Notes: generated by a model from the sequence alone, not told the origin. A DNA stretch of 64,000 nt from Octopus sinensis (GCF_006345805.1 NC_042999.1:135718001-135782000); one strand, 5' to 3'. Positions 49,967-62,860 are shown, counted from the stretch's first letter. Program-made: numbers and translations.

Positions 49967-50075
49967 CATATATACGACGGGCTTCTTCCAGCTTCCGTCT
50001 ACTAAATCAACTCACAAGGCTTTGTTCGGCCCGAGGCTATAGTAGAAGACACTTGCCCAAGGTGCCACGCAGTTG
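49750..50075 (-). mobile_element. SINE (8.85 kb family), head truncated next to the maT relic
   Basis: Family tail, CA/TA microsatellite, GAAGACACTTGCCCAAGGTGCCACGCAG. Confidence 0.75.
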
Positions 50076-50079
50076 GTTT

Positions 50080-50592
50080 CTCGCTCAACTGCACCCCACA
50101 CATTTTAAACAAGGGGGTTGCAGTCTGGAGAGTTTGGTGGCTAGATGTTAGGGGTGATGTGGTTGCAGAAATTGTGACAGCCACGACTGGGTTCTCCTGC
50201 TTGTGTGGCATGGTGCAGAACCCAGTTGGGGGTCTTCCAGCAGCCACCCTCTTGACCCAGGGTAGCACTACTTCCTCCAGGCACTTGATGTAGGCCTCCG
50301 TGTTGAATGTGAGGCCGTGTGGGAAGACAAATAGAGGCATAACGTTGCCATAACTAGTGATCACTCCAAACATGATGTTGACTGGATGTTTGATTTTTAT
50401 CACTCTCGGTACATGTCTCCAGATTGCATTATTCTCAGATTGACACTCAAAAACTCAGAAATATTCATATTGGCGCTTCTGGCGCGAATGCCAAGCAGTA
50501 CAGCATGTCATTTCCAAATTTCTGGCAGAGGGAATTGCATCATGGTGCTTTTTTCTCGCAGGCGCTGCCCAACTGACCCTACTATACTGTGT
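50080..50592 (-). mobile_element. Deleted Tc1-superfamily (maT/DD37D-like) element
   Basis: KHPVNIMFGVITSYGNVMPLFVFPHGL..YIKCLEEVVLPWVKRVAAGRP, then frameshifted ..SPDCNPL; N-terminal remnant MMQFPLPEIWK*HAVLLGIRA. Confidence 0.75.
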
Positions 50593-50699
50593 AGTCGACA
50601 AAATCAAAAACAAACAATGCACATACGTAAAATTAATTTTCCTCCCGCAATTTTCCTAACCATGCAGCATCCAACGTAAAATCTGCATTGACTCTATAA

Positions 50700-51410
50700 A
50701 CGAAGATCTCGAGAGCATCTTCCAGTGGGGTCATGCCAATCTCGTCTCCTTTAACAGCCAAAATACTCAAGTGCTACTCATATCAAGAAAAGTCTACCCC
50801 ATTACACCCCCTCTAATCATGTGCTTTCATTCCAAGTACTCATGTGTCTCACTATCACCGAGGATCTCTCCTGGCAAAAGCATATATATAGCGTAGCTCG
50901 GATCGCCTCTCAAAGACTGTCTCCTCTTTTTAGCCAGAAGATATGTTAACTTTTAGCTGCAATTGACATCCTATAAGGCTCAGGTGAGGCCCGCAAAGTA
51001 GTACTGCATCCACTTCAGAGATGGTACTGATGCTATGAACACAGACATTCTGGATCTCATCCAGAGAAAGTATTAAATCACTAATGGACACACTCTAGCC
51101 TACAGATGTGCTGTTTTATCTATCCTTTCTATTACTACTATAACAGCCTCTGCTCGTTGGCGCTAGCTGGTCACATACTTCCACTACTCGTTTACACTCG
51201 ACTTATTTATCTCTCTATCTCTCGTCCCTTTTGAGTCCAACCATTAGACCTTGCACAACTATTAGACTTGTCCTTTCTGTTCAAAATATCGGCTCTTTGG
51301 ACTCTTTTACCTGTTCATTTCTTTCCTGCAGGTGTTGACTTGATAGAGTTTAAGCGTAGTATTAATGGTATCAAACTCTGCTGCCTCTGTGTGCCTCACA
51401 CAAAGTAGGT
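50700..51410 (+). mobile_element. CR1/L2-group LINE 3' fragment
   Basis: EDLESIFQWGHANLVSFNSQNTQ and later remnants (..YYYNSLCS.., ..VDLIEFKRSIN). Confidence 0.62.
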
Positions 51411-51659
51411 AACTTTAGGAATCCGAGGAAAATGGTGAGGATCTACTAACAAACAATCTAACAATACCTTTTTCTCTACGTTAAAGAGCAAGATCTCAAA
51501 AATATATATATTTACTATTCAGAAATCTCCTATACGCCATTCTTCAATTACTTCTTTCTACGGAACAGAAACCCTCTGAAAATCCCTTCTTGCCCATATT
51601 TTAGCTACGAATGCCAATGTATCACATCGACGTCACTATAATAATAATAATAACAACAA

Positions 51660-51870
51660 CAACAATCCTTTCTACTATAAGCATAAAGGCCTAAAATTTG
51701 GGGTTAGTCGCTTATATCCATTCCATTACTCACCTGGTACTTATTTTATCGAACCAGAAAAGACGAAAGGCAAAGTCGAGTCCGGCAGAATTTGAACTCA
51801 GAACATAAAGACAGACGAAATACTATTAAGTATTTCGCCCAGCGTGCAAACGATTCTGCCAGCTTATCGC
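51660..51870 (-). mobile_element. SINE (Meta-like motif family)
   Basis: GGTACTTATTTTATCGAACC...AAGGCAAAGTCGAG...GAATTTGAACTC. Confidence 0.7.
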
Positions 51871-52136
51871 CTTAATAATAAAAAATCTGTTCCTCCTGCT
51901 CAAATAAAAAATATAAAAAAAAGAGAAAGCTGTTGTAAGGGAGGTAATTCTAGCATTATACCATGCAGAGTTATGCATCTTGAATTACCATTATGGTATC
52001 GTGTATATCGCACAGAACCATAGATTCGAAATACCATTATCGTGCCAGTCAAAATGCATTGTGATAATAAGATACAATCTTTTACCTTTTAAGATCAAAT
52101 CCTACTGAGATAAACTTTGTTCTTTGATCCTTACTG

Positions 52137-52242
52137 CAGTGGTGATGGCATAGGCCGGCCAGTCCACCTACATGTATTTTTGCAGTTTCGAAGGTATTTT
52201 ACGCTGACAAATGGAAGTTAACATTCTCACGTTACGCCACTG
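52137..52242. mobile_element. Possible hAT-type MITE
   Basis: CAGTGG...CGCCACTG termini flanked by the 8-mers CCTTACTG and CTTTACAG (6/8 match). Confidence 0.42.
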
Positions 52243-52769
52243 CTTTACAGAGTCAAAATAAAGTACGGGTCAAGTAGTTGCATAGTTTTTTAATCGATTA
52301 TATCCTCTTCTAAAATTTGTGGCATTGCGCCAGTGTTGTGAATCAATATTTTGATTCAAAACACTGTAGATGATGAGGCTGTGCTCATGGCCAAATCGAT
52401 ATGGCTAACATCTCTTTTAAACTAGTTGTAAGTCAACAACTGTATGAAAAAAAAACCTAAAACAATAAATAAAGAAGAAAAAACCCCGAAAGAAACGAAT
52501 ATGTACCGGATGGGAATTTCAGAGGGACGACTTTCTGTGAAGGAAGGACAGAACGTAAGGATTAGTGTAGACCCTGAAGTAGTAGTGAAGGATTAATGTA
52601 GACACTGAAGGTGTTGGTAGAAACAGTTAACGTACAATTTACCGTCGTTAAAATTAAAAGTAAATTGTCCTAAAACTTGAAAGTAAATGGCGATAGAAAC
52701 CGAAAGCGACAACAGTTACATTCCGTAATTTTATGGAAAGACAGTATGGGGTATAAAACTAATGTTTAG

Positions 52770-53215
52770 ACCGTAACTAGTATCCTGTCGTTTACGGGCG
52801 TGAGAGTGGCTGAGCACTCCACAAACACGCGTATCTTTAACGTAGTCTTCATGGAGATTCAGCGTGACACAGTATGTGATAATGCTGGCCCTTTGAATTA
52901 CAGATGCATCTCATTTCCAACTGAACTGGAGCAACGTGAGATAAAGTGTCTTGCTCAAGGACACAACTCGCAATTTTACGATCATGAACTGAATATCTTA
53001 ACTACTAAGTCACGCGCTTTCACTGCATAAACTGTACATATATTAGATATTCTGTGTACAATAAACACAAGGCTTGAAATTTGGGGGTGGAGGCTAGTTG
53101 ATTACATCGACCCTAGCGCTCAACTTGTAGTAGCACTTAATGTAAGGATGAAATTCAAAGTCGACCGCTGCGGAATTTGAACTCAGAGATGAAATGCGAC
53201 TAAGCATTCACTTCA
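52770..53215 (-). mobile_element. Two adjacent SINE fragments
   Basis: GTGGCTGAGCACTCCAC family at 52.8-53.03 kb and Meta-like family at 53.07-53.21 kb. Confidence 0.65.
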
Positions 53216-53239
53216 GCATTTAAATTTAGATTCACTTAA

Positions 53240-54450
53240 ACATTTAAATTTAATTTGTGTCAAAATATTTTCGCCGCTTTGAAATCGCGACCTGTTCACT
53301 GACACAACTTCGTGCTGTGTGTTCTTAAATGACTTATAACATCTTCCACGCTGTAATTGTTTTTGTTTCAGCCCACGATCCCAGATCAAGTCACTTGCTA
53401 TGCAAGTACATCTCCATAATACCAGTCATTGATGCACAAAATGACATTCATGAAATGATCGCTAAATTTGTTTCGCTATACATGCTCATGAAATTAAGTA
53501 AATATATCTGTAGTGAGAATAGTTAACATTTGACCGGAATGTCGCGATTCGCTGGAATGTTGCCCACATGAACAACGAATCTGACCAATCGCGACTTCGC
53601 CAGGAAAGAATATTGCCAACGTTGATCGATGGGATCTGGCGAATCACACCTTCACGTAGAATGGGCTCCAGCGTCTATCAAATTTACTGCCTCCCTTCCT
53701 GTGCTTCTCCATCGGTATAAAATCAACACGCAACCACCATACTCAGAGACGACCGGCAAACGACATGGCGAACAGGCACGGGCAGCGGCTGAATCTAGCT
53801 AATATTATCATATCAAACTATCCCCAGCAACAATGTTTAGCAGTAACTTTTCTATAGTATTTCAATTACAATCACATCCAGACTCTAAAACTATTTCAGT
53901 AAAATTTAAACTCTCTCAACATTTGTCGTAATACTATTTCAATGACACCAATTACTATAGCATCCAAACTCTCTTTCAAGAAATAAAGTTTGTTCGTAGA
54001 AACCTAAACAGATTTCGTCATTTTCTTCTATGTACAACTGTCGAACTCCGACGCTAGAAATAACAGTCAGTTCCAAACATCAGTACTCATATACGGCTCT
54101 TAGCAGGTAGCAAATCAGTTCAAGTATAAGTGGTCTCAACATCTTACATATTAACATGAGTTCCACATTGATATGCCTAAGAAAGCAGTGAGTCGCAGAC
54201 TTATCTCTCAGAAGCAGCATTCCTTATATAGTTGAAAGGTAATATCAATATCATCATGTTAAGCCATTAATCTCGACATATTTTTCTTTCTCCGTTCTCT
54301 CTTTCTATCTGTCTCTGTCTCTCCATTTTCTCCTCTCATACCTTTCTGTCGAAGTGCGTAGACTCGAAACATCAAAGCCTTTTCCATTCTTCTCGAGCGT
54401 CAAACTAATATACCAGTTTGTTGTCTCACCTGTCTGTCTTGTTTTCTGTA
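53240..54450 (+). mobile_element. Deleted Penelope-like element
   Basis: CpG-rich leader, TATAAAA, decayed ORF remnants (NICRNTISMTPITIASKLSFQEIKFVRRNLNRF) and a 3' terminal region with a type I hammerhead-like motif at 54342-54377. Confidence 0.5.
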
Positions 54451-54994
54451 CATTTGAACCATATATTTGTAGAGCACTGGCTCGGGAACAAACTTTGCTT
54501 GGGGGTGTGTGGTGTGTGAAAACGCAGGTTCCAAAAATGTTATTTTTCTTAAAATTTATTTTTGTTCTTTGAGAAGAAACCTCACTTCCAGCTACTTTTT
54601 ACAGATCACTTTTTATACACTATTTTCTAGTCCTGAAGAGAAAGATCAGTATTTGCTCTATTCTGGATGTGCATTTGTAGGAGAGATTCCCAGTAATAGT
54701 GAAGTCTAGTATTTGTATTGATTTATTATAATTAGAAATATTACATTTTTATCACATGATCATATGCAGCTTTTTTTTTACAGGGTAAAATTTTCAGTGA
54801 AGTCGTGTGGTTTAGTGGTAGGACAGAATTTCTCGATCAAATCATGTTACATTTTTTTAATTAAATATTATTAGGAATTGTATTTTAAAAATTGTTAAAA
54901 TATTTTGTGTATAGTAGGAACCAATTTATTGGATAAGAATATTAGCAACAAAATCTTATATGGACCACATGGACTCCGGTTGAGAACCACTGGG

Positions 54995-55280
54995 TTAGGG
55001 CTTTCGGATCACGCTCGTAAGGTCGTATGTTCGATTCCCGGCGACACATTGTGCAATTGAGCAAGACACTTTATTTTACGTTGCTCCAGAGTCAGCTGGC
55101 AAAAATGAGTAGTATCTGCATTTCAAGGGGCCAGCCTAATCACATTCTCTGTCGCGCTGAACCTCCTTGAGAACTATGTTAACAGTACGCGTGTCTGTGG
55201 AGTGCTCAGCCACTTGCACGTTAAATTCACGAGCTGGCTGTTCCGTAGACCGGATGAATAGTAACACTCGTTGTACTTAT
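54995..55280 (+). mobile_element. tRNA-derived SINE
   Basis: B box GTTCGATTCCCGG followed by the GGGGCCAGCC...GGAGTGCTCAGCCACTTGCACG block. Confidence 0.7.
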
Positions 55281-55364
55281 AAAACTTTCAACAATAAGTT
55301 CCTCTCTTATGAAACAGAAAATAGTGCAGAGAAAATTTCATGGTATCCATTTATTAGAAAAGTT

Positions 55365-55782
55365 TTAGGATCTTTTCGGTTTGAACGGCAGTTTTTTCTA
55401 GCGGTGTCATATGAAATTGTCACCCATAATTATGACCCTAGAATCGATCTATTGCATTTTAATCTCTTTTAGGATTAGGGGTGGGGGAAGGGTATCTTTT
55501 TTTCTTCAGAAATGTAAATAAACCCAATCTGTTTCTTAAACGAGGGACATATTCATACGGCACAGAATGCTTTTTAACTCAATAGACGTCACTGATTGGT
55601 TGAAATTGCAGAAATTAAAGAAAAAAACAACAACAAATATCTTACAAACTATAGAATTTTCTCAATAAAGTCAAGAGAAAAAGATGTTTTATAAACCCAT
55701 TCTACCAGTATACGAAGTTTAAAATCTTTTAGTTACCTAGAAATTATGTTAAAAACTGCCGTTCAAACCGAAAAGATCCTAA
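55365..55782. mobile_element. MITE about 450 bp upstream of the RABIF ATG
   Basis: TTAGGATCTTTTCGGTTTGAACGGCAGTTTT and its exact reverse complement ending at 55782. Confidence 0.8.
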
Positions 55783-56238
55783 TACTTAAATTATGCGGCT
55801 GAAATTTTGGAGTAAAATTATAGAGAACATTGAAAGTTCCGTGCATGTACGTGCTTGCCATGTTATATAAGTAAAAGTATATTAAAAAACTGTCAATAAC
55901 TTCAGAAGTTGGAAATAAGAAAAATATATGGTTGGATATTGACTCTTTGATATTGTGACGAACTGAAAATTTCTTCCCATCATTCCTAAAACATAAATTA
56001 AATATGCTAACCCGGACTGACTTTCCGTTCAGGTTAGCACAGAGTAACATATTCTATTCCCAAAATATTTATTGCTTCAGTGACATGTTGTTCGTGTGAC
56101 GACTCTTTAGCCGAACCTCTGCAGTCAAGTATAACTAGTTGCCGTGTATTCTCTCGTCTTATTACCGCATGTTTAATTGGATTTACAGTAAACAATTGTT
56201 ATATTGTAATATTAAGACATCGATAGTGTTGTTATAGA

Positions 56239-56406
56239 ATGGCAGAAGATAATTGCGATAATAACAATGACAACGATATCATGAGAATAAAATCCTTATA
56301 CAGCAACAGATTAGGTGACAACGGTAAAAACAAAACGAAGGTCTACTGCACCAGATGCCCGAGTCTTATTTTGAATCCAGGAAGTGGTAATTATGTGAGG
56401 GAAAAA
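56239..56406 (+). CDS. RABIF: Guanine nucleotide exchange factor MSS4, exon 1
   Basis: GKNKTKVYCTRCPSLILNPG versus human GRNRKAVLCQRCGSRVLQPG; donor AAA|GTGAGT, phase 0. Confidence 0.92.
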
Positions 56407-56769
56407 GTGAGTATTAAGGAACATTTAATGTTCAGTTTTTGTATTTTTTGTATCACTGGTCCATTGTCATTTTAAAATGTTCTATAGTATATGTTAAACT
56501 TCTAAATATCCATATTTAAAATCATCAGGGGCGTATACCAACCAAGTTATCCTTGCTCTGTTGCACACCGACAAAAAAATTTCAAGGTTTTACACTTCAA
56601 AAAATTCACTTTTTGTAACTAAATAGTTTGTATGCATTTTATTACTAGTTATCTTAAATTTTATTATATATGTTTTAATTGTCAAACCATGCTGTCACTG
56701 ATAATTTTGGTAATTTTGTCGTCACCTCATATCAAACAGCATACTTTTAAGTATGCTATTATTAAAACG

Positions 56770-56950
56770 TTTAAGGCGGCGAACTGGCAAAATCGTTACC
56801 GCACCGGACAAAATGCTTAGCGTCACACTTTCTGGCTTTATGTTTTGAGTTCAAATGCCGCCGATGTCAACTTTGGCTTTCATCCTTCAGGGTCGATAAA
56901 ATAAGTTCTAGACAAATATAGGGGAAGGGGTGTTTGATGTAGTCGAAATC
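56770..56950 (+). mobile_element. SINE (Meta-like family) in the RABIF intron
   Basis: GAGTTCAAATGCC B box, CTTTCATCCTTCAGGGTCGATAAAATAAG. Confidence 0.65.
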
Positions 56951-57269
56951 TCAATGTCTACAACAAGAACCAAGTTACAAACGTACTACTGTGATGTGAT
57001 TATGATTTTGTAGTATCCAGGGAGATTCATAAACCAATATTAATAACACGCACATTAGTTAAATCTGACGAATTGATCATTTGTTTAACTTGTTGGTTAA
57101 ACAGTCAATTGTTTGTTGTTTTTTATTCATCAAAAAGAAATCACTGAAATAGTTGCGAATGGCAATGAAAGAACTTTGATGAATACAACAAAATTTGTTT
57201 CAATACACGAATTCACATAAAAAAACCCTTGCAAACCAAATACAAAAATGAAGTGATGATGATGTTGAA

Positions 57270-58520
57270 TTCTAAACTCATCATCATTTAATGTTTGTTT
57301 TCCATGTTGGCATGGATTGGAGCTGAAGAGCTGTCCAGGATCCATGTCTGTTTTGGCATGGTTTCTATGACTCGATGCCCTTCCTAACACCAACCACTTT
57401 ACAGAATGTACTGGGTGCTTTTATGCAGCACCAGCATGGGTATGTTTATGTGGTACCAGTATAGGTGCTTTTTACGTGGCACCAGTACCCATGAGCCTGC
57501 AAGATTAGAGGTGTTCAGCCGGGGAGGGATGCAGAGAAAATTGCTTGTATGCAAGGACAACCATGCTTTTACTTAGCTTGATGCGTCTTCTCAAGCACAG
57601 CAAACTGCCAAGAGTCTCAGATCCCTGTCATCCGCTCTGTGAGGCCCAATATCTGAAGATCCTTTCTCACCAATTCATCCCTTGTCTTCCTGGGTCTACC
57701 TCTTACACATGTTCCCTCTACGTTTAGAGATTGGTCACATCTTGACACAACTGTCTTCGTTCATTACATGTCTGTACCAGCATAGTCTTCTATCTTGCAC
57801 ACATTGAAAAGAAAATGTAGTGAACATTTGATCATCATCATCGTTTAACGGCCACTTTCCATGCTAGCATAGATTGGATGATTTGACTGAGGACTGGTGA
57901 ACCAGATGGCTGCACCAGGCTCTAATCTGATCTGGCAGAGTTTCTACAGCTGAATGCCCTTCCTAATGCCAACCACTCTGAGAGTGTAGTGGGTGCTTTT
58001 ACGTGCCACCAGCATGAGGGCCAGTTAGGCGGTACTGGCAATGGCCACGCTCAAGTGGTGCTTTTTTACGTGCCACTGGCACAACTGCCAATAAGGCGAT
58101 GCTGGTAATGATCACATTTGAATGGTGCTTTTTATGTGCCACTGGCATGGAAGCCAGTCAGCTGCTCTGGTAGCGATCATGTTCGGATGGTGCTCTTAGT
58201 GCTCCACTGGCAAGGGTGCTAGTCATCGAAATTGCGAATTCGATTTGATTTCTATTTCACTTTCCTCAACAGGTCTTCGCAAGTAGAGTTTAGTGTCCAC
58301 TGAAGGAAAGGTATGCATAAGTGGGCTGGTTACACCCCTGGCATAGGCCACGGGTTGTGGTCTCACTTGGCTTGCCGGGTCTTCTCACGCACTGCATATT
58401 TCCAAAGGTCTCGGTCACTAGTCATTGTCTTGGTGAGGCTTAATGTTCGAAGGTCGTGCTTCACCACCTCATCCCAGGTCTTCCTGGGTCTACCTCTTCC
58501 ACAGGTTCCTTCAACTGCTT
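57270..58520 (-). mobile_element. Two tandem RTE 3' end fragments in the RABIF intron
   Basis: (CAT)n tails at about 57281 and 57833, each followed by the RTE 3' UTR and the end of the ORF. Confidence 0.82.
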
Positions 58521-58609
58521 ATATAAATGTACATGTGCAAACAAACAAACAAATTTAAGAAAAAAATTACTTGTTAGATTTTGAAATGAATATTATTGTT
58601 ATTTTACAG

Positions 58610-58891
58610 TTTCTCCTGCCATTAGAAAAAATTTCAAAGGAAGAAAAGGATGGAAATGGAAGTAGTGATGTCACAGAAGTATATGATAAAGAAGATAAAC
58701 TTATTGATTGCTGGAGGATTGATAACATGTTCAACTTTGAAAATATTGGATTTTCAAATACTGTTGGGTATTTCAAGTACCTGATATGTGCTGATTGTGA
58801 GTCTGGCCCTGTCGGGTGGAATGATCTCAGTAAAGGACAAACTTGCTATCTTTCATGGGACCATATAAGACATTCTAAGCCAGATGACTAA
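58610..58891 (+). CDS. RABIF: MSS4 exon 2 (last)
   Basis: WRIDNMFNFENIGFSNTVGYFKYLICADCESGPVGW matches the Mss4 signature MFxFENxGF...LxCADCExGPxGW; acceptor ttttacag; 149 aa in total. Confidence 0.95.
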   Translation, partial: FLLPLEKISKEEKDGNGSSDVTEVYDKEDKLIDCWRIDNMFNFENIGFSNTVGYFKYLICADCESGPVGWNDLSKGQTCYLSWDHIRHSKPDD

Positions 58892-60368
58892 ATTTAATTC
58901 TGAGAACTATATTTTAACTGTAAAAGGTAATTAATCTCTTGAAATGTTGCAGGAGCATTCTCTCTCCCTCCCCCTATCTCTCTTGCTTTCTTGTCCTCTC
59001 TCAAGCCCTAATACTTTTGGTAGAACTTTGGACAAAAAAAAAAAATCAGTAACAAAAATCAGTTGTGTTAATCATCCTTGACCATAACTCCATGTCATAA
59101 CAACCTAATTCAATTCAGAGAAGTGGCTGAGGTAGTGAACTACCAAATTTCCTGGTCTCAAGTTCAGCTTGACTACTGGTATCTTGTATTTGTATGCAAG
59201 ACAAATCAACATACTTCAGTTTATTTAGTTGTTAAATAGCAGATCTTGGGTCTTACCTGAGATAAGCTGCTACTCTATCCCAGTGATGATTTAACCCTCA
59301 TTTGATTAAATACCAGAAGACCAGAGCTAAGCACTGGACTTATAAACCCATACAGACTGTAGAAAACACTGTTTCTTCAACTGGGTTATTAGAGTGGTAA
59401 CTTATAGCTGTAGTAAGTTATGGATATAAGTTATAGCTGGGGTTAATCATAAGGATGTCACACTGCCACCACATTCTTTAAATATCGCTTGGTAGGTAAC
59501 TAAATCAAGGAATATGTTTTTATCCACATAAAGAACTTGAAACTAGTTCCTATTGAAAAGTAGAATCAATCTGAGGCAGTTGTCAAGAGTTCAATTATTA
59601 CTACAGCTAATGTATAGCAAGACGCACACAAACATCGCTTGCTTCATTTTGTATATCTGATATATAAATTCATAATTGAATGGTTAATAATAGAAAGGGC
59701 ATTCAATTTCAAAGCTTATTTTCCAGCTGTGTGTATATGTTTAAATTTAAAAAAAAGAAAAAAAAAACCCCTCAAAAATGAAAAACAAAATGATAGATTT
59801 CTCATCCATGCCAATATGGTGCAGGGGATGTTAAGAAAGCTATCAAATACAAATCTTTAGACAGAGCATGTATTTCTCTTCATTATGTGACTCATTTATG
59901 CTGAATTGAAATCTCAACATTTTTAATGGCTTTAGATAAAAAAACAAACAAAGAAACAACTTTCAAAGCCTTTTCTAGGTGAAACCTAATGCCCCTCATG
60001 TTGCCCATAATTTTGTGTCTGACAAATGTAAAAGTAGGGACCAAAGAAAATGTTTTGTCACTGGTTGAGATAGTTTTATTCCTTATGGGGATAGTTTTGT
60101 TTCTTGTAAGAACAATTTTTGTAGCTTGTGGGAATACTTTTGTCAGTTGAAGGGACATTTATCTCTTATGTGGCCACTAAAATTCTAATGCTTTTATAAA
60201 GGTTTCAGTTAGAGAGGAGATATGAAATTTTGTAAAATTGCATTCTTCTGCTAATTGAATGTTAAGAGGTTGTTTACTGCTGTGAAATAAACCAAGCAGA
60301 AAAGGTGAATTATTGATGAGTGATTGTTTATAAAAATCTGTAAGCACTATTTATGAAGTTGAAATGTC

Positions 60369-60412
<44 letters not shown>

Positions 60413-60643
60413 TTTTAGAAGGTAGATTGTTATGGCTGGTCAGAGATTGACCTTTGGTTTTGCACCTATAAAGCACTTAGCCACATAGGCGACTCATTAG
60501 ACACAAATGGCTGGAGAATGGTCTCCCTCTGACTGGTCATAACAATCAACCTTCTAAAAAATATATTACCGCTCTAATGTTCTAGAGTATGCTTCTTTTT
60601 TAGGTATATGAACCACTGGCAATATATATATATATATACATAT

Positions 60644-61058
60644 AATGTTGTTGACAGTGACTCCGAAGTTTTGGCCAGCTATGTATTAGAGTTAGTTTTG
60701 CCTTTATACAGTCTCTGTTGAGTTAAAATCATCTTTGGGTGTGTGGGTTTGAGTGGGGTGGTAATTAGGTTTTTGGGAAAATTATGGGAAAATTTGTATT
60801 GATTAAATTTGAGATTATGTTATTGTTTAGAATTTATTCATGCATGTACAACTTTGTAAGTAAGCTCCAAATTTAATCAATAAAAATTTTCCCAAAACAC
60901 CTTTCCATAAAAACCTAATTACAACCCCACTCAAACACACATACCTAAAGGTGATTTTAACTCAACAGAGATTATATAAAGGCAAAACTAATTCTAATGC
61001 ATTGTTTTCTGACAATGGCTTAGTTGGCCAAAACTTTAGAGTCACTGCCAACAACATT
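60644..61058. mobile_element. Foldback MITE with ~165-bp inverted arms
   Basis: 60644-60810 is the reverse complement of about 60861-61058 (AATGTTGTTGACAGTGACTC / GAGTCACTGCCAACAACATT). Confidence 0.8.
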
Positions 61059-61159
61059 CTTGTATAAGAATAAGTTTGTACTCTGCAGAAGTATCGAGTA
61101 ACCTGTCAGATTAATGTAAAATTGCTTTAATTATTGAACATAAAAACAAACAATATATA

Positions 61160-61865
61160 TATATCGTTAGTGCCTGTGTTTCTTCATGCATCAGGGATCT
61201 GATGTTCCAAAAGCCAAAGAAATGCGTTCTTCCGTGTTGCATTAGCATCCCAGTTTGCTGATTTAACACTCGCCTCACTGGGGGCAGCGAGCACGTCGGC
61301 TCCCATGGACGCTGTAGTAGGGTTTGTCGTTGAAGAAGGTGCGATGTACATGAATGTTTGAAGGATCTTGGGAATAGGAAGTTCGCTAGCGGTCCCCAGC
61401 CGCAAGTATATCCCTGTTGGGAGAGCATCTTGTTTGCCGTAGATTTTCCACATGCAGGGACAGGACGGGTTGAAGCCACCGGTTGCCGGATCAGACGCTT
61501 CTGTTCACCACAGCCCCGTTAGCCGGGTGCGGCCCTGATACTGCTGGGTGTCAGAACAATCCGCCTTGGGTGGCCCTACCAGAAACCAAAGTCTCCGACG
61601 GCATAGCTCTGACACTCCCGTTTCACCCCCTTACCACGATGAGGAGGGGTTGGACTTTAGGGGCTGTGCACTGAGTCAATCCCACTCACTAAGCAACAGC
61701 CATAATCCGAAAAGAAGAAAAAGTCAACATCATCGGTAACCACTGAGCCTTAGGTTTTATGTCAGAGTTATCCCAGTTACCTGAGTTGCCTTCTCCTAGA
61801 AGGATGCCTAACAAAGGTTAGGGGTCCTTCACTCCCAATGGTTTAATCGTGCGATCGGGTATTCA
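61160..61865 (-). mobile_element. 5' UTR and ORF start of an RTE LINE
   Basis: GC-rich leader with the RTE-type motif GAGCTATGCCGTCGG...CTGGTAGGGCCACCCA, then FGFWNIRSL (APE start motif WNVRTL), cut off at about 61160. Confidence 0.65.
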
Positions 61866-62090
61866 GTTCAATTATTTCTATGTCCTCGCGCATGATACAG
61901 CCTTAAGCTGGATAAGATTGATAGAAGGAGGGAAAAAAAAAAAGACGATATATAAACATCCACCCTCGACCAGCAGAGATCATGAAAACCTATTGTTTCC
62001 TTTAAACTCACCATGTAAATGAACAGAAAAAAAAATCCTGACACGCTGGCAGAAAGCACATAGCCTCTTTAATGCTGGAGGTAAATATAT

Positions 62091-62322
62091 ACATTTCTTT
62101 ACTACCCACAAGGGGCTAAACACAGAGGGGACAAACAAGGACAGACATAGGTATTAAGTCGATTACATCGACTCCTGTGCGTAACTGGTACTTAATTTAT
62201 CGACCCCGAAAGGATGAAAGGCAAAGTCGACCTCGGTGGAATTTGAACTCAGAACGTAACGGCAGACGAAATACGGCTACGCATTTCGCTCGGCGTGCTA
62301 ACGTTTCTGCCAGCTCACCGCT
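62091..62322 (-). mobile_element. Young SINE (Meta-like family)
   Basis: CpG-intact ATCGACCCCGAAAGGATGAAAGGCAAAGTCGACCTCGG; absent from the paralogous copy at 63360-63430. Confidence 0.82.
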
Positions 62323-62390
62323 GGTTTGGTGATGTATAAAACTACAATATAAAAGAAAAACCTTTTGAGTGAGTTACCTACCCTTATACC

Positions 62391-62599
62391 TATTTCTTTA
62401 CTACCCACAAGGGGCTAAACACAGAGGACAAACTGATTAAGTCGATTATATCGACCCCAATGCATAACTGGTACTTAATTTATCGACCCCGAAAGGATGA
62501 AAGGCAAAGTCGACCTCGGCGGGATTTGAACTCAGAACGTAACCGCAGACGAAATACGGCTACGCATTTAGCCCGGCGTGCTAACGATTCTGCCACCTC
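62391..62599 (-). mobile_element. Young SINE with a 15-bp TSD
   Basis: ACCTACCCTTATACC at 62376-62390 and 62600-62614. Confidence 0.88.
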
Positions 62600-62659
62600 A
62601 CCTACCCTTATACCATTCCAGCCATAGCTGAACTGAGTCAGCTGTGCCTATTATTCTCT

Positions 62660-62860
62660 TATTCTTTTACTTGTTTCAGTCATTTGACTGCAGCCATGCT
62701 GGAGCACTGCCTTTAGTCGAGCAAATCGACCCCAGGACTTTTTCTTTGTAAGCCTAGTACTTATTCTATTGGTCTTTCTCGCCAAACCGCTAAGTTACGG
62801 GGACGTAAACACACCATCAGTTGTCAAACAATGTTGGGAGGACAAACACAGACACACAAA
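62660..62860 (-). mobile_element. SINE 3' half (8.85 kb family)
   Basis: TTACTTGTTTCAGTCATTTGACTGCAGCCATGCTGG; duplicated at 63515-63610. Confidence 0.72.

Noticed and set aside
55010-55080. Possible tRNA gene
   Set aside because: Only a B box within a SINE head; no cloverleaf can be formed.
59892-60158. 88-aa minus-strand ORF with RNKTI repeats
   Set aside because: Low-complexity short tandem repeat with no homology or splice support.
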